Positions 31,277-34,677 of a DNA stretch of 34,677 nucleotides are shown here, piece after piece. The DNA is from Maricaulis sp. (lineage in GTDB: Bacteria > Pseudomonadota > Alphaproteobacteria > Caulobacterales > Maricaulaceae). A model generated the notes under the pieces. The model saw only the letters and a list, made by a program, of their open reading frames with translations. It had not been told where the DNA came from and made no database searches. How positions within the stretch are numbered: position 1 is the stretch's first letter; every line of letters begins with the position of its first letter. Made by a program: the position numbers and the translations under genes. Location of the stretch: assembly GCA_002694345.1 (NCBI GenBank), contig NZLV01000167.1, forward strand, positions 1 to 34,677, written 5' to 3'.

Positions 31277-31940
31277 GGCGCGACCTCCGGCGGTTGAGCC
31301 AGTAGACGAGGCTCAGAACGAGCAGGGAGAGGCCGACCAGACCGGCCGCCAGAGCATGGGCCTCGTCATAGCGCAGGGCTTCGACATGGTCATAGAGCGC
31401 AATCGAAAGCGTGCGGGTCCGGCCGGGAATATTGCCGCCGACCATCAGGACAACACCGAACTCCCCGATTGTATGGATGAAGGTCAGGATGCCGGCCGTC
31501 AGGAAACCACGCACTGACAGGGGCAGGACGAGGCTGACGAACAGGTCGAACGGGGCCGCGCCCAGACTGGCGGCTGCTTCGATCTGATCACGACCGATCC
31601 GTTCGAACGCCGTCTGCAGGGGCTGCACCATGAAGGGCAGGGAATAGAGCAGGGAAGCGACCACGAGACCGCTGAAGGAAAAAGTCAGCGTGTCGCCGGT
31701 CAGGCGCACCCAGAACTGGCCGATCGGCGCGGTCGGGTTGAGCAGGATCAGCAGGTAGAACCCGATCACGGTCGGCGGCAGGACCAAGGGCAGGGCCGTG
31801 ATCGCCTCGATGACCGGGCGCCACCGGCTGCGGGTTGTGGCCAGCCACCAGGCCAGCGGTGTTCCCAGCGCAAACAGGATCAGCGTCGTGACCGCTGCGA
31901 GGTTCAGCGTGAGGAAGATGGCGGAGGCTGTCGCGCTCAT
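31266..31940 (-). CDS. modB: Molybdate ABC transporter permease
   Basis: LPLVLPPTVIGFYLL, YSLPFMVQPL, EAAASLGA and HTIGEFGVVLMVGGNIPG.T. Confidence 0.95.
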   Translation of the reverse strand: MSATASAIFLTLNLAAVTTLILFALGTPLAWWLATTRSRWRPVIEAITALPLVLPPTVIGFYLLILLNPTAPIGQFWVRLTGDTLTFSFSGLVVASLLYSLPFMVQPLQTAFERIGRDQIEAAASLGAAPFDLFVSLVLPLSVRGFLTAGILTFIHTIGEFGVVLMVGGNIPGRTRTLSIALYDHVEALRYDEAHALAAGLVGLSLLVLSLVYWLNRRRSRHEG

Positions 31941-32719
31941 TCCCCGGTCCCGTAGCCATAGGAGTCGAGCAACTCGGCCGCGGTCGCGCTGTCCAGAAAG
32001 ACCATCCAGGCATGGGCCGCGGGATTGTCGCTTGCGCGGTTCAGGATGACTGCGTCCTGGCGGACCGGGGCATGCCAGTCCGCCGGGATCAGGCTGGCAT
32101 CCACCGTGTCCAGATCGCCCAGTTGGGAACGGGCAATGAGCGCCATGTCGGCATTACCCGTTGTGAAAATGGCCAGGGCCTGGGCAACGCTCTGTCCGCG
32201 CAGCACCTGCAGCCGGCTTCGGTCGATCTCCAGCCGGTCGAGGATTTGTTCAGCGGCGCGGCCATAGGGTGCGATGTCCGCATTGGCGAGGGCGAGGCGC
32301 TGCACCTGTCCCTCGTGCAACCGGTCCAGCGGCGGGCTGTCAAGCGCCGGTCTGGCGATCAGGACCAATCGTCCGAAGGCGTAGCTTGTCAGCGTGTCCG
32401 GCAGAGCCAGACCGTCATCGACCAGTCGGGCGGGCCGGTCTGCATCCGCAGCGAGAAAGACATCATAGGGCGCGCCTTGCCGGATCTGGGCATAAAGCCC
32501 CCCGGTCGACCCTGCGGCGATGCGGACGGTGTGCCCGGTCTCAGCCTCGAAACGCGCTGCGAGGTCTTCGGCCGGCCGGGCGAAATTGGTCGCGACGGCG
32601 ATGAGCACCTCGTCGCTGGCAGCGCGGGCCGTTGCGGACAGGCTCAGTCCGGCAGCGAGGATCAGGCAGGCAAGCGCTCTCATGGCAGGCAGATGAGCCC
32701 AGAGGCCTGACCGGTTCAA
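31937..32719 (-). CDS. modA: Molybdate ABC transporter substrate-binding protein
   Basis: AVATNF, GSTGGLYAQIRQGAPYDVFLAAD, YAFGRLVL and APYGRAA; signal peptide. ATG 32683 is an alternative start. Confidence 0.92.
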   Translation of the reverse strand: MNRSGLWAHLPAMRALACLILAAGLSLSATARAASDEVLIAVATNFARPAEDLAARFEAETGHTVRIAAGSTGGLYAQIRQGAPYDVFLAADADRPARLVDDGLALPDTLTSYAFGRLVLIARPALDSPPLDRLHEGQVQRLALANADIAPYGRAAEQILDRLEIDRSRLQVLRGQSVAQALAIFTTGNADMALIARSQLGDLDTVDASLIPADWHAPVRQDAVILNRASDNPAAHAWMVFLDSATAAELLDSYGYGTGE

Positions 32720-32749
32720 GTCCCGATTGCGTGCGGGAAATGTGATGGA

Positions 32750-34675
32750 TCAGGCGGCCAGACGGTCTTGCAGGGCGCGGGCCGTCATCGGGGCGCCGTA
32801 ATACCAGCCTTGCAGGTAGTCGAAGCCAAGCAGGCACAGCATGGAGGCCTGGGTTTCGGTCTCCACGCCCTCGGCCACCATGTCGAGATTCATGGCATCG
32901 CCGAGCAGGGCGAGGGCCTGCAGCATCTTGTTCGGGCCATCCCCCTTGCCGATCGCCGACACGAAGGTGCGGTCCACCTTGATCTTGGAGAAGGGCAGCA
33001 TGTGCAGATAGCCCATCGAGGCAAAGCCGGTGCCGAAATCATCCAGGTTCACGCGGAAGCCGGCCTCGTGGAATTCCATCAGGCGTTGCTTGGCCCGTTC
33101 GAAGTCATCGATCAGCACGGTTTCGGTCAGTTCAAGCTCAACCTGCTGGGCCGACATGCCGGCCGCCGCCAGGGTCTCCAGATAGCGGGCGCACAATTCC
33201 GGATCGTGCAACTGTACCGGGGACAGGTTGATGGACACCGTATAATCGGCACCGGGGCCGATGTCGGCACACACGGATTCGACGACAAAATCGCCCAGCT
33301 TGCGGATCAGGTTGGAGCGTTCGGCCACCTTGATGAACACATCCGGCGGCACCGCGCCGCGGTTGGGTTGTTCCCATCGTAGAAGCGCTTCCACCGAGGC
33401 GATGGAACCATCCGAGGCGCGAACGATCGGCTGGTAGACGACGCGGAACTCCCGGCGTTCCAGGCCTGCTTCGATATCCGCTTCCAAAGCGCGGTGCTCG
33501 GCCTGTTCCAGGCCCAAGCTGGCATCATAGCAGAGCGGATGGTCCAGCTGGTCAGCCTTGGCACGATACATGGCCAGGTCCGCATCATGGATCAGCTCGG
33601 CAAAGGTCTTCACCGCATCCGGGCGGGACCAGGCGATGCCGATGGCAGCCCCAATTTCGAACTGCCGGCCGCCGAATTCGAACCGGTCTTTCAGGCTGTC
33701 GGTCAGGGCGCGGGCGATCGGCAGGGCCTGGCTGGCATGGGCATGACCGATCAGAGCGCAGGCGAACTCGTCGCCGCCGATGCGGGCCACGTGAACGCCG
33801 TCCGGCAGGGCGCCGAGGAATTTTTCGGCCACACCGCGGATCACGGCGTCACCGGCATGGTGTCCGGCCTTGTCATTGACCGACTTGAAGCCGTTCAGGT
33901 CGATATAGATCACCGCAGCGGCGCCTTCGGCGGCTGCTCGCTGAGCGGCTTCGCTCCCGGTGTATTGGGTGAAACCCAACCGGTTGGGCAGGCCGCTGAG
34001 GCTGTCGGTCGTGGCGGCATGCACGGCGCGCTGCTCATTGCTCTCGGCGCGGCGCGCCAGGGAGCGGGCTTTGCTGACGATGAATTGGGCCGCGATGAAG
34101 AAGGCGGTGATGTAGAGGATCAGCGGCAGGAAGGTGAAGCGCAGCGTGTCCATGCCGGGCCGCGACGGGGTCCAGGTCAGCGCGGTCGCTGAGTGGCCGG
34201 CATGATCAGTCACGTCCATGACCGGGCCATTGAACGACGACGTGTCATCAACCAGGGCAATGTCCTCGACCAGGAAGCGGGACGACATTTCAGCCATGAA
34301 GGCCTGATCAACCCGCGTGCCGATGATCAGCAAGGGGTCGCTGAGCGGATCCGTGGCGGACCGGTCATCATATTCCCCGACCACGGTTGCCGATGCGATA
34401 TAGGCAAAGCCGTTCAGGCTCAGCATGTGGCTGCCGATGAATTCTTCGCCTTGATAGGCGGTCGCGAGATCGGCTCGGATTTCGTCGAGCTGTTCTTCCG
34501 ACAGGAGTTTCGGGATGGGGGTCTCGCCGCTGTCGCGGTGCCAGGAAATGGCATAGGCATTGTCCTTGGCAGCGAGGACTACAAAGTCAAAGCCCAGATG
34601 ATCGGAAAAGGACGAGGCCATGCTGACGGACAGTTCGTCCACGGCGCGCTCTTCCAGCATGTCGCGCGCATAGGA
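32750..34675 (-). CDS. Membrane-bound diguanylate cyclase/phosphodiesterase (periplasmic sensor-TM-GGDEF-EAL), 5'-truncated by the window edge
   Basis: TDSLSGLPNR, DLNGFKSVND..GH.AGD, intact GGDEF, YQPIV, EAL, ELELTE, DDFGTG, KVDRTF and AEGVET. One TM precedes the GGDEF domain, and the frame stays open to the window end. Confidence 0.93.
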   Translation of the reverse strand, partial: SYARDMLEERAVDELSVSMASSFSDHLGFDFVVLAAKDNAYAISWHRDSGETPIPKLLSEEQLDEIRADLATAYQGEEFIGSHMLSLNGFAYIASATVVGEYDDRSATDPLSDPLLIIGTRVDQAFMAEMSSRFLVEDIALVDDTSSFNGPVMDVTDHAGHSATALTWTPSRPGMDTLRFTFLPLILYITAFFIAAQFIVSKARSLARRAESNEQRAVHAATTDSLSGLPNRLGFTQYTGSEAAQRAAAEGAAAVIYIDLNGFKSVNDKAGHHAGDAVIRGVAEKFLGALPDGVHVARIGGDEFACALIGHAHASQALPIARALTDSLKDRFEFGGRQFEIGAAIGIAWSRPDAVKTFAELIHDADLAMYRAKADQLDHPLCYDASLGLEQAEHRALEADIEAGLERREFRVVYQPIVRASDGSIASVEALLRWEQPNRGAVPPDVFIKVAERSNLIRKLGDFVVESVCADIGPGADYTVSINLSPVQLHDPELCARYLETLAAAGMSAQQVELELTETVLIDDFERAKQRLMEFHEAGFRVNLDDFGTGFASMGYLHMLPFSKIKVDRTFVSAIGKGDGPNKMLQALALLGDAMNLDMVAEGVETETQASMLCLLGFDYLQGWYYGAPMTARALQDRLAA

Positions 34676-34677
34676 CC

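Overview
High-GC alphaproteobacterial window; Caulobacterales/Maricaulales-like gene content is an inference only. It is densely coding, and I found no rRNA, tRNA, CRISPR array, transposase or integrase. Left to right: (1) the 3' part of a CusA/CzcA-family RND pump, followed by a DUF3240 PII-like gene and a TolC gene; (2) a secreted S10 serine carboxypeptidase; (3) a divergent sulfide/persulfide locus, with sqr and an SqrR/BigR-like repressor on the minus strand and rhodanese, RND adaptor, RND permease and DUF2892 on the plus strand, sharing one palindromic bidirectional promoter; (4) egtB-egtD for ergothioneine; (5) a hydroxyproline deaminase and epimerase pair; (6) an alpha/beta hydrolase; (7) a hexuronate/Entner-Doudoroff cluster (kdgK, uxuB-like, FadR-type regulator with degenerate effector site, glk, eda, GPH sugar transporter); (8) a complete tripartite multidrug-type RND pump with an upstream palindrome; (9) modABC; (10) a partial GGDEF-EAL gene. 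The best candidate for an under-described system is the RND pump placed between the two halves of a 'split YgaP' (rhodanese and DUF2892) and apparently under persulfide-sensor control next to SQR. This suggests a sulfane-sulfur export system; that function is inference, not shown by the sequence.
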